The notes under the pieces were generated by a model. The model searched no databases. It was not told where the DNA came from and saw nothing but the letters and a program-made list of their open reading frames with translations. A program made the translations under genes and the position numbers. From assembly GCA_964549075.1 (NCBI GenBank), contig CAZJUB010000056.1, forward strand, positions 1 to 17,131: a stretch of DNA of 17,131 bases, in the 5' to 3' direction. Shown one piece after another: positions 1 to 8,405 of the stretch (position 1 is the first letter of the stretch; every line of letters begins with the position of its first letter). Source of the DNA: an uncultured archaeon (lineage in GTDB: Archaea; Asgardarchaeota; Heimdallarchaeia; Heimdallarchaeales; Heimdallarchaeaceae).

Positions 1-2
1 TG

Positions 3-1292
3 TCGCCTTATACAATCTATCTTTATCGAGCTGTAAACGGAGATATTTGGAGTAATGATTATACTTTCAAAACTGGTACAGCAACTAATACAACTCAATT
101 CATATGTTTAGGGGACGCACAAACAGATTCTCCACAACGTAAAGAAATGGTCGCTACTATTGATAGAGTTTCCATTGATATGATGCTCTATACTGGTGAC
201 TTCGTTGATACTTCTACAGCTATAGATGAATATTACGCTTGGTTTAAAGATTACAATAAAGTCGTTACTGAGACTCCAACAATGGGAATACTAGGTAATC
301 ATGAAAAGAATTCTTCAATCTTTTATACCATTTGGGCTTTTCCAGGAAGAGAAGAATACTATTCTTTTGATTTTGGTCCACTTCATATTATTGGTTTACA
401 CACTCTAGATACGAACTATATTACTGATCCTTCTACTTACACAGCTCAAGCTGATTGGTTAAGAGCTGATTTAGAAAATAATACAGATGCTCTATGGACA
501 ATTGTAATGATGCATACTGCTGCATTTTCTTCATTTCCAAGATCTCTTAATGGGGAGTATCAACTAATCAACGAGACTTTTGTTCCAATTTTTGAGGAAT
601 ATAATGTTAGTCTTGTTCTTTCAGGTCATGATCATGCTTATGAGAGATTATTGTGTAATGATGTTAACTATATTATCTCAGGTGGAGCTGGTTCAACTCT
701 ATATCCCTTCAATCCCGCTACACAAATTAATATCTCAGTCTATGCTGAATCTACATACAACTTCTTGTTTCTTGAAGTCAATGAAAACAAACTTCATGTT
801 AGAGCTTTTAGACCAGATTATTCATTCATAGATCAATTAGTTCTTAACAAAGAAGATAAGCCAGATTTAAGTTTTCAAACACTTCCTTTAACCTATAAAC
901 AAGAATGGGATCAAAATTTAGTAATGGATATAGTTGTAACTAACACAGGGGAAGAAAATATATCCACAACTACGACACTAGCTTATACAGTTCTTGATAC
1001 AGTAGAGTTAATTGATATTCCTCCACTAGATGTTGGAGAAACATATACATTACCATATAATTGGTCACTTAGTGGTCCAGATCAACGAACCTATACTTTT
1101 CAACTTGATTATGAATCAGAGATTAACGAAGTTTCAGAAGATAATAACTTGTTAACCATACAATTTTATGGACAAGAAATAGAGACTACATCTCCAACTT
1201 CTGAAGGAAGTTTCCTTTCAGGAATACTTGGAACTTTAATATTACTATTAAGTATGATTCTTCCAGTATTTGTTTACAAAAAAAGAAGGTAA
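3..1292 (+). CDS. Cell-surface purple acid phosphatase-like metallophosphoesterase (FN3-like end + calcineurin-like phosphoesterase + CARDB domain + C-terminal TM anchor), 5'-truncated
   Basis: The frame is open from position 3 (SPYTIYLYRAVNGDIWSNDYTFKTG...FICLGDAQ), so the ORF-track start at 147 is internal. Metallophosphoesterase motifs GDAQ, GDFVD, GNHE, MMH and GHDH are present. CARDB-like motifs PDLS, VTNTG, IPPLDVGE and LDYESEINEVSEDNN follow. The protein ends in an S/T linker, a hydrophobic helix and KKRR. Confidence 0.9.
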   Translation, partial: SPYTIYLYRAVNGDIWSNDYTFKTGTATNTTQFICLGDAQTDSPQRKEMVATIDRVSIDMMLYTGDFVDTSTAIDEYYAWFKDYNKVVTETPTMGILGNHEKNSSIFYTIWAFPGREEYYSFDFGPLHIIGLHTLDTNYITDPSTYTAQADWLRADLENNTDALWTIVMMHTAAFSSFPRSLNGEYQLINETFVPIFEEYNVSLVLSGHDHAYERLLCNDVNYIISGGAGSTLYPFNPATQINISVYAESTYNFLFLEVNENKLHVRAFRPDYSFIDQLVLNKEDKPDLSFQTLPLTYKQEWDQNLVMDIVVTNTGEENISTTTTLAYTVLDTVELIDIPPLDVGETYTLPYNWSLSGPDQRTYTFQLDYESEINEVSEDNNLLTIQFYGQEIETTSPTSEGSFLSGILGTLILLLSMILPVFVYKKRR

Positions 1293-1307
1293 TAATTATA
1301 CCTTCAC

Positions 1308-1321
1308 TTTTTATTCTTTTT
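1308..1321 (+). terminator. Archaeal T-rich terminator candidate
   Basis: TTTTTATTCTTTTT just after the stop at 1292. Confidence 0.5.
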
Positions 1322-1366
1322 ACAGAAAGTATTTAGATTATTAGTCCTTTATAGAAACAGCTGATA

Positions 1367-1374
1367 TTATATAA
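1367..1374 (+). promoter_or_regulatory. TATA box candidate for a leaderless MFS transcript
   Basis: TTATATAA ending 24 nt before the ATG at 1399, with no SD motif. Confidence 0.5.
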
Positions 1375-1398
1375 TAGCACTTTCAAATATAAACAATA

Positions 1399-2732
1399 AT
1401 GCCTTTGTTTACTAGAAGATCCAATGCAGTGGATACTAATCTGTTTAAATTGATTAAACAACTAAGATTTAGTGCAGTTGGCTTTTACTTCATTAGTTTC
1501 TTGATTCCTATAATCTCATTTTTGAATCTTAAAATTAGTGGATTACAATTAGGTTTTGTTTTTTCTTTGAGAACCATTGGTTTTACAGCTAGTGCTTTGT
1601 TTGCTGGTTTTTTATCAAATAAAAGAAAACTTCGACCCAAACTTATCTTTGGAGCTTCATCTGGACGTTTTGTTTCCTATATACTCATTTATTTTTCCTT
1701 TGTGTTTAACATCTATTGGATGATGACACTTGGTATGTTTATTTTAGGACTAGGATAGGCTTTTTCTGGATACCGTTCGAAACAACTGTAGCTGATGCCA
1801 CAGAATACGAACATCGATCAGAAGCATTTGGAATCTTTTCACAACAACCAGGAATTGGAGGATTTAAAGGAGCAACTATAGGATTCGCTGTTTTATGGAC
1901 TACCTATTCATTAAACTTTTCTTCAGAAATAATCTATTCCGCGATTGCTTTTAGTCCTTTACTTTTGTATGGGATATCAAATATATATGCAGGTATAAGA
2001 GTGCTTCAACTAACACCAAAGATTAAATTCATAGATATAGTTGAAACTGATGAAAGAAAAAAAGCTGCAAAGAGAAGTATTATCTATAGTTTTATCCTAC
2101 TTTTAGTCGTTCTTTTTATCGAAGCATTGATAGGTTCACTCGTTGGTTCATTCTTAGAGTTTTTCTTATTAGAAAACATCACGCAGAATATTCAATTTAT
2201 AATAATCGCTTATGTACCAGGAGGAATACTTTCTGTAATTTTAGCCCCTAGATTGGGTAAAATAGCAGATAAATTAAATCCAAAATATACTTTAGGTGCA
2301 ATAAGTGTACTTGGAGCCTTAATGACATGGTTGTTGATACAGTCAACTCAAATCTGGCAATTTTCTCTTATTTTTCTTGTAGATTCAACAGTTGTAGCAA
2401 CAGCTGGTTTAATGTTAACCAAAATAATAAGTACAATATCAAAAGAACGAAGAGGAACAATATTTGGTTTTAATGATTTCGTCGCTAATATAGGAAACAT
2501 TGTAGGTCCAATCATGGGAGGAGTCTTATGGGATTCTGCTCTCTATACACCATTTGCTGTTGAAGTTGGAGGTATTACTACTTCTGTAAATAATAGGAAG
2601 ATATGGTATGCGAATCATAATCTTCCATTTATTGTATCAATAATCACAGAAGGTTGCTTAGCATTGGTTTATCCTATTGCGATAATCATTTTGGATAGAC
2701 AAATCAATCTTAAAAGAAGTAGAAAAAAATAG
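1399..2732 (+). pseudogene. MFS transporter split by a single-base frameshift at about 1755 (pseudogene or assembly error)
   Basis: ORF 1399-1758 encodes the first TM helices and stops at CTA GGA TAG. The -1 frame continues ATA GGC TTT TTC TGG (IGFFW...). Adding one A gives LGLGIGFFWIP and a protein of about 444 aa. MFS motifs: GFLSNKRKLR, EHRSEAFG, GKIADKLNPK, ERRGTIFG, GPIMGG. Confidence 0.85.
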
Positions 2733-2780
2733 AGAACAAATGAACCAAGTGAATTTTAAATTATCTTCTTCTCAAAAAAT

Positions 2781-3473
2781 TTAGTTTTCGATTTTTTTCG
2801 TCTGAAAATTCAAACTTCCAAACCTTAATTGATGTGAATCATCAACAAAGGATCTGATTGTTGAATCATGACTTGCAGCTACAATTGCAAGTTCAGAACC
2901 TTTCAATTTTGAGAGTATATCCCAGAAATTTAGACTATTTTCTTGATCTAATGAGCCTGTTGGTTCATCAAGTAAGAGTAACTTAGCATTTCTCGCTAAT
3001 ATAGCAGCTAAAGCTACTCTTTGTCTTTCTCCACCACTTAACAAATGAGGTTTTTTATCTTTAAATTTATGAATTTCCAATCGTTGGAGAATATCTGTTG
3101 AATTACTTATAGCTGTTTTAGCACCTACTCCAGAAAGTTGAGATTGTATCTGAACATATTCAAATATAGAAATATGAGATGGAATGAAAGGGGACTGAAA
3201 GAGATATCCAATATGTTTTCGTAAATTGAAAATCTCGTGAGGAGGAGTATCTACATTTACTTTCTTTCCTAAAAGTGATACTTCTCCTGATGTTGGAAAT
3301 AGTAATGTACAAATGATCTGTAGGAGAGTAGTTTTTCCAGATCCAGAAGAACCCATTATTAAATGAAATTCACCAGAGTTCACACTTAAACTAATATTTT
3401 TTAAGATAATTTTTTTATAGTTTTCTCTAATTCTAACTTCGTATCCAACGTTCTTTAATCTTACTACTTCCAT
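2781..3473 (-). CDS. ABC transporter ATP-binding protein (LolD/MacB/FtsE-like)
   Basis: Walker A GSSGSGKT, Q-loop GYLFQ, signature LSGGERQR, Walker B LLLLDEPTGSLD, H-loop SHD. Overlaps the upstream ATPase by 10 nt. AGGAG lies 9 nt before the start. Confidence 0.93.
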   Translation of the reverse strand: MEVVRLKNVGYEVRIRENYKKIILKNISLSVNSGEFHLIMGSSGSGKTTLLQIICTLLFPTSGEVSLLGKKVNVDTPPHEIFNLRKHIGYLFQSPFIPSHISIFEYVQIQSQLSGVGAKTAISNSTDILQRLEIHKFKDKKPHLLSGGERQRVALAAILARNAKLLLLDEPTGSLDQENSLNFWDILSKLKGSELAIVAASHDSTIRSFVDDSHQLRFGSLNFQTKKIEN

Positions 3474-4168
3474 CTTAGTATTCTCCTGTTTTTTATCAAA
3501 AAGCCATTTTGGTTTTTTACTTCTAATTTATCATGTGTTGTAATTAGTACAAATGTTGAAAAATCAATAGGAAGAGAAATAATTTGCTTTCTTACCAATT
3601 CCCTACTTTGTTTATCTAATTGTGCAGTAGGTTCATCACAAAGAAGAATTTCAGGTTCGAAAACCACTGCGCATGCTAGGCTTAACCTTTGTATTTCTCC
3701 ACCTGATAGTTTTCTTGTTGGTGTTTCTATATGTTCAGAGATTTCAAATCTATTAGCAATCTCTTTAATCTTTTTGTCCCTTTCTTCTCTTGGAAGTGAA
3801 CTATGAAGAATCATTGACATTTTTAGATTTTGACATACAGATAAAAATAAATCTACATTTCTTTGTGGTGTTTGATTTATAATTGCTACCTTTTTCATAA
3901 AAGCTTGTTTTTCTTTTCCATTCATTTTGTGGACATCAATTTTATCAAACATTATTTGTCCAGCATCAATTGTCTGTAAACCTAAAATTATGTTTAATAA
4001 TGTAGTTTTTCCAGAACCAGAAGAACCTATAAGGTAATTACATTTACGCGAATCCATCTTAAAAAATACTCCTGCAAACAACGAGATATTAGTTCCTTCT
4101 AAGGACGGATGAGGAAAGATTTTTGTTACATCAGTAGCAGTTAATGTATGAATTCTTTGTGCAACCAC
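3464..4168 (-). CDS. ABC transporter ATP-binding protein (second, distinct LolD/MacB-like ATPase)
   Basis: GSSGSGKT, IINQ, LSGGEIQR, ILLCDEPTAQLD, TTHD. The GTG start is preceded by GAGGTGA (4173-4179). Confidence 0.92.
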   Translation of the reverse strand: MVAQRIHTLTATDVTKIFPHPSLEGTNISLFAGVFFKMDSRKCNYLIGSSGSGKTTLLNIILGLQTIDAGQIMFDKIDVHKMNGKEKQAFMKKVAIINQTPQRNVDLFLSVCQNLKMSMILHSSLPREERDKKIKEIANRFEISEHIETPTRKLSGGEIQRLSLACAVVFEPEILLCDEPTAQLDKQSRELVRKQIISLPIDFSTFVLITTHDKLEVKNQNGFLIKNRRILRWK

Positions 4169-4178
4169 TTTATCACCT

Positions 4179-6881
4179 CTATTCAGGATGTCTAAATATT
4201 AATGCTAGATTAATCCTCCTTAATCTTAGATATTCTAATATTAATTGTAAGAATAACAATATAAAAGAAAGAAGTGCCAAGAGTAGTATATAACCTATTG
4301 TATGAGTTGACAATTGGTTGATTCTACTTGTAGTTATTGATAGGATAAAATCACTAGTTATTAACGTTAGAATAACTACACTCAAGATAACGAAAATCGT
4401 TAATATCAATTCCATTATTTTCACGAATATGAGAGTTCTGTGATAATTAGCAGACATTCCAATTATACCTAGAGTTTTTGCTTTTGGATCTGAATTAATA
4501 TCTTCAAATCTTTCATATACTGATAAAACAATCCAAAGAATGATTACAACTTCAAACACAATCGCTATAGGTGTTAAGAAAATTTCATTGATTCCATCGT
4601 AGATCTGGAGATTCACAAAACTTATTTCAGAAAACATGTTTAATGAATCTAAATAAGATAAAGAAGAATTAATATCTTTTTCTCGAACATGTATTAAATA
4701 TGTTGTATCATATGTTGTTTCACTTACTACTAGTATCTGTTCTAATACATTGATATCCATAACACAATATTCAACATTCTGAGATATTGAATAGGATTCT
4801 TTCATCACAAGCCTAGGCCAATAATTAAAAAAACCATTAATTGTAACATTAAGAGCTTCAAGAGAACTATCGGTAGTATTAGCATAAAAAATAGACAAAA
4901 TATGATCAATTGAATATCCATACTTTTTGTATTCAAGTGAAAGAAGGCAACTAGAAGAATTAAATTCATCAAGTGAACCCTCATATAGCCATTTTTGTAT
5001 ATCCTTCTTGGTGTAATACTCGAAGAAATCAGAAATAGATATCCCTTGAAGACTATATGTACTACTAAGAGTAAAATCACTCGTATTGAAATCAGTAGAA
5101 ATTTCAATGATTTTTGTATAATCTATTAGATTCGTTAATTTCCCTATTTCATGTTCTATGCTTGAATTACTTGCACCATTAACTTTGCATGAAATTTCAC
5201 CACCTAAATTCCACAATTGTTCTTCTTTTAAAGAATCAGCAGTTGTAAAACTATAAATGATAACTGACGACATCATTGCAAAAAGAAAAGAATATTTGAG
5301 CATTTTTGGATTGTAGAATTTTTTCCATAATTTCAACAATATAATGTTTGGAGAAGAACTATTGTTAGTTCGGATCTTATAATTATCATAACAAGATAAA
5401 ATAATCTTTAAGATAATTTGTATTATTAGTAAGGCAAGAAACGCAATAAAAAGGGCCCCTGATATTAAAACATAGATGAAAAGAAGATTATATTCTTTAT
5501 TCATCAGCCATAACACCAAAATCAAAGCAATTAAACTTAATAGCCTTATAGTTCTTGGTAATGCTTTCAAGAGAAGATTTCCTGATTTTGAATCAAATTT
5601 TCCCATCAATATTTTCCTTAGAAATAATTCATGTGTGAAAAATACTAACAAAGTTACCAAATAAATAGTAGAAAATATGATTATGAACTCTACAAAATTG
5701 ATAGGTATAAAAATAAAAGCACTAGAAATTTGATTTTGTACTAATGTTAACAAACAAAGCACTGGATAACCTATACAAACCCCAGCTATTGTTATTATAG
5801 AAGTTTCAACAATGATATCAAATGATCGTTTCATCCACCCTCTTCCTGACAATATGAATCGAAGTTCTTTATCTCTAGCAACTAATTGTTTCTTGTTGAT
5901 AGCTTGAATGAGTATTATCATTGATAGTGACCAGAAAACAAGTTGTATTCCCCTAATATATGAATACGCAATATCCACTAAAGAAGAGTTATTTTCAATG
6001 TCCTGTATTATAGGACTTGAATCGATGTTGATTGAAGCAAATTCATCTAGGTAAGAAATATGTCTATTGATCTCAATTTGGAAAGATTCTACTTTTTCAT
6101 ATGAATTCCGTGACCAAACTATTTTATAATATCCATTCTTTGTAAGCGAAAGAAGACCTAACAAAGTATAATAAGAAGAATCAGTTTCTATAAATGAATT
6201 ATACAGTTCCACATATCTTTGTTCATTTATCAAAATAAACCTATAAACATCTGTAAAATAGTGTACTCTATAGCCTTCGATCAAGAAACGTGCAAAATAA
6301 GGTAATTTCTGAATAAAAGTATCTTTATCAAGAATATTTGTAACATTTATTTCCTTTACTACACTTTCATTAATTGTAATGTTTGTCTCACCTAAATTTG
6401 CAGTATCATCTGTATTAAGTTTTAATAGGATAGCATCTCCAGTGATTCCTCCTTCAATACTTATATTCAGCAGGTTCTCAAAGAATTCGCTATCAATGCC
6501 TAACAGAACTGTCATGTTCTCATCGTACGTTTGTATGAAATCATATGCAAATAATGATTGAGACAAAGGTTCAAAAGCATTAAAGGAAGTATAAGAAGCT
6601 TCTTCTAAAATGCTTGGGAAAGATTGAAGAAATGAGAGTGATTTTGACTTTCCAGAAAAGATAAAATCGGTTCTGTTTATACTTAAATCTTCATTAGATA
6701 CACCATACACGAGAATTTTTTCATCTTGGAATGACGAAAAAAATTTCCCTAAAATACTAGGATTGACTATTTGAGGGAGCAGGATGAAGTAACAGCTTGA
6801 TACAAATATTAGACTAATAATCAATGTTATACCAATAAGTTGATATTTTTGAGACTCAATTTTTAATTTAATAAAACTCAT
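4179..6881 (-). CDS. Large ABC permease, divergent FtsX/MacB-like (type VII) with duplicated architecture
   Basis: 900 aa: N-terminal TM, a large soluble domain, a TM cluster, a second large soluble domain, then three TMs. Degenerate coupling-helix segments RDKELRFILSGRG and KAKTLGIIGMS. Lies directly upstream of the two ATPases, with an ATGA overlap with the upstream gene. Confidence 0.8.
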   Translation of the reverse strand: MSFIKLKIESQKYQLIGITLIISLIFVSSCYFILLPQIVNPSILGKFFSSFQDEKILVYGVSNEDLSINRTDFIFSGKSKSLSFLQSFPSILEEASYTSFNAFEPLSQSLFAYDFIQTYDENMTVLLGIDSEFFENLLNISIEGGITGDAILLKLNTDDTANLGETNITINESVVKEINVTNILDKDTFIQKLPYFARFLIEGYRVHYFTDVYRFILINEQRYVELYNSFIETDSSYYTLLGLLSLTKNGYYKIVWSRNSYEKVESFQIEINRHISYLDEFASINIDSSPIIQDIENNSSLVDIAYSYIRGIQLVFWSLSMIILIQAINKKQLVARDKELRFILSGRGWMKRSFDIIVETSIITIAGVCIGYPVLCLLTLVQNQISSAFIFIPINFVEFIIIFSTIYLVTLLVFFTHELFLRKILMGKFDSKSGNLLLKALPRTIRLLSLIALILVLWLMNKEYNLLFIYVLISGALFIAFLALLIIQIILKIILSCYDNYKIRTNNSSSPNIILLKLWKKFYNPKMLKYSFLFAMMSSVIIYSFTTADSLKEEQLWNLGGEISCKVNGASNSSIEHEIGKLTNLIDYTKIIEISTDFNTSDFTLSSTYSLQGISISDFFEYYTKKDIQKWLYEGSLDEFNSSSCLLSLEYKKYGYSIDHILSIFYANTTDSSLEALNVTINGFFNYWPRLVMKESYSISQNVEYCVMDINVLEQILVVSETTYDTTYLIHVREKDINSSLSYLDSLNMFSEISFVNLQIYDGINEIFLTPIAIVFEVVIILWIVLSVYERFEDINSDPKAKTLGIIGMSANYHRTLIFVKIMELILTIFVILSVVILTLITSDFILSITTSRINQLSTHTIGYILLLALLSFILLFLQLILEYLRLRRINLALIFRHPE

Positions 6882-7711
6882 GATTTAATTAACCACCTTC
6901 TACTGAAAAAAAACAAGAAACTTAAAGATACAATACTTAAGATTGATATTCCAACTATACTCAATAATAGTTCTAAATCAACATCTGATGAATTATTGTT
7001 ATTATTTGTAGAAGCAGATTCAATTAACCTAACTTCTATAAATTTCAAATCTTCAATATATCCCTCATTGAAATAACCCGGTCTACTTTCATCAGATGGA
7101 ACAATAATAGATGAAACTGTTATACCTCTTTTAGTATCTACTGATACCTTTTCAACCAAATTATTGTATCCATGTATCTCTGTATATTCACTATGAATTG
7201 GATCATAATAGGTTTTAATAAATGCAGACTCATTGATGGATTTGTTTCTCTGCAGAGTAAAATTCAACCATTCTTCTTGGCTTCTAATTTTCCATAGTAG
7301 TAAATTTAAAATGTTGTAATAACTGGTAGTATAGAAAGGTTCAATTTCATTATTGAGACCATAATAAAGATTAAACTTACTAAATAAACCAGTAGAATTT
7401 TGTACTGTCTCACTTAATTCAACTTTTTGAGAGATCTGATTTGTATTATTATTGATAATGATTCCATTCTGAAAGAAAGATAAATTACAAAATACACGAA
7501 TTTTGATGTTGCTCAAATCTTTAGGTAATTCACCTCCAGCACTCAATTCATATTGCACAGTATTGTTTATATAAAAATTAGTATGAATAGAGTTGATTAT
7601 CTTTAAACCTTGCATATCATCTATAAGATTCGTTGAATATATGAATATAATATTACAAAATAAAACATATACTAGTACAGATTTAGCTATTTTGTTTTGT
7701 AATATTTTCAT
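6878..7711 (-). CDS. Hypothetical exported protein with N-terminal signal/TM and C-terminal membrane anchor
   Basis: Hydrophobic N-terminus (SVLVYVLFCNIIFIY), an Asn-rich linker TNNNNNSS, and a C-terminal TM followed by RR. AGGTGA at 7718-7723. 4-nt overlap with the permease. Confidence 0.8.
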   Translation of the reverse strand: MKILQNKIAKSVLVYVLFCNIIFIYSTNLIDDMQGLKIINSIHTNFYINNTVQYELSAGGELPKDLSNIKIRVFCNLSFFQNGIIINNNTNQISQKVELSETVQNSTGLFSKFNLYYGLNNEIEPFYTTSYYNILNLLLWKIRSQEEWLNFTLQRNKSINESAFIKTYYDPIHSEYTEIHGYNNLVEKVSVDTKRGITVSSIIVPSDESRPGYFNEGYIEDLKFIEVRLIESASTNNNNNSSDVDLELLLSIVGISILSIVSLSFLFFFSRRWLIKS

Positions 7712-7724
7712 TAATTTTCACCTT

Positions 7725-7747
7725 AAAGAAAAAAATAAGGAAAAGAA
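7725..7747 (-). terminator. Intra-operon T-tract (partial terminator) between the first and second operon genes
   Basis: The minus strand reads TTCTTTTCCTTATTTTTTTCTTT, between the stop at 7770 and the SD at 7718-7723. Confidence 0.5.
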
Positions 7748-7769
7748 TATTTGAGCATTTGCTGACTTC

Positions 7770-8324
7770 TTATGACAGATATATTTGGTAATATACTCTA
7801 ATGTCTCCTCCGTAATTTACATAATCATATAATCTATTATATACACTACCGTATGTTTCAGTTCCACCTATCTGGATTGCTATCTTTATACTACCAGCCC
7901 ACTTTTTATCAAGTTTGCAGAAAAGCCACATTTGATATCCACTTTCCGAGATATCATATGTATAGCAGTCTTCTGTATAAACATCATCGTACCAGCTTTC
8001 TATAACACCACCTACCATTGACCAATCATCAATATAATCTTCGTAATCAACATCCCAGAAGTCACCAACACCATCTTCATAATTTTCGTCTGCCTTAAAC
8101 TCTTTTCCATATTCATCATAGATCCTTTCCCATTTTACTCCAACATAGAAATTGTATTTTCCACCATCAAGTTCATCTACAATTGATACCTGTGTAATTT
8201 TGACGTACATTGTCTTCAAAGTAACAGTACTCGCTTCTGAAGGATTAAATATGAATGGCAATATCATTGTTCCAATTAAAGTAATAAAAATTAGTAAAGA
8301 TGTTATCATTATCTGATTTTTCAT
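7770..8324 (-). CDS. Secreted acidic, Tyr/Asp/Gly/Trp-rich hypothetical protein, possibly a C2-like beta-sandwich
   Basis: Signal peptide with a likely cleavage site at PSEA/S and no C-terminal anchor. The mature part is beta-strand rich with acidic loops (MYVKITQVSIVDELDGGKYNFYVGVKW ... GDIRVYYQIYLS). First gene of the ABC operon. Confidence 0.8.
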   Translation of the reverse strand: MKNQIMITSLLIFITLIGTMILPFIFNPSEASTVTLKTMYVKITQVSIVDELDGGKYNFYVGVKWERIYDEYGKEFKADENYEDGVGDFWDVDYEDYIDDWSMVGGVIESWYDDVYTEDCYTYDISESGYQMWLFCKLDKKWAGSIKIAIQIGGTETYGSVYNRLYDYVNYGGDIRVYYQIYLS

Positions 8325-8348
8325 CTTTAGTTTTTTTAATACTTAAAT

Positions 8349-8356
8349 TCACCTCC
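8349..8356 (-). promoter_or_regulatory. Shine-Dalgarno GGAGGTGA
   Basis: TCACCTCC on the + strand; a perfect archaeal SD, but 24 nt from the ATG at 8324. Confidence 0.6.
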
Positions 8357-8359
8357 GAA

Positions 8360-8381
8360 TTTATGTATACTTTATGTATAC
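8360..8381. repeat. Perfect 11-bp tandem repeat TTTATGTATAC x2, candidate operator
   Basis: 8360-8370 and 8371-8381 are identical and each contains the palindrome GTATAC. The repeat lies between the TATA box and the SD of the ABC operon. Confidence 0.75.
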
Positions 8382-8405
8382 AATGATAATTTGTTCATCT
8401 GAATA

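Noticed and set aside
580-831. 83-aa alternative-frame ORF
   Set aside because: It lies wholly within the phosphoesterase catalytic domain and has no independent signals.
1716-1754. Independent start of the 338-aa ORF (MDDDTWYVYFRTR)
   Set aside because: These residues are out-of-frame read-back of the upstream MFS half.
1745-1760. Programmed -1 ribosomal frameshift
   Set aside because: There is no X XXY YYZ slippery heptamer at the junction and no obvious downstream stimulatory structure.
1756-1791. Pyrrolysine or amber read-through of the TAG in the split MFS gene
   Set aside because: Reading through gives AFSGYRSKQL and another TAG; the MFS sequence continues in a different frame.
4805-6561. 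Short ORFs 4805-5107, 5476-5664 and 6379-6561
   Set aside because: They are nested in or antisense to the 900-aa permease and have no recognisable features.
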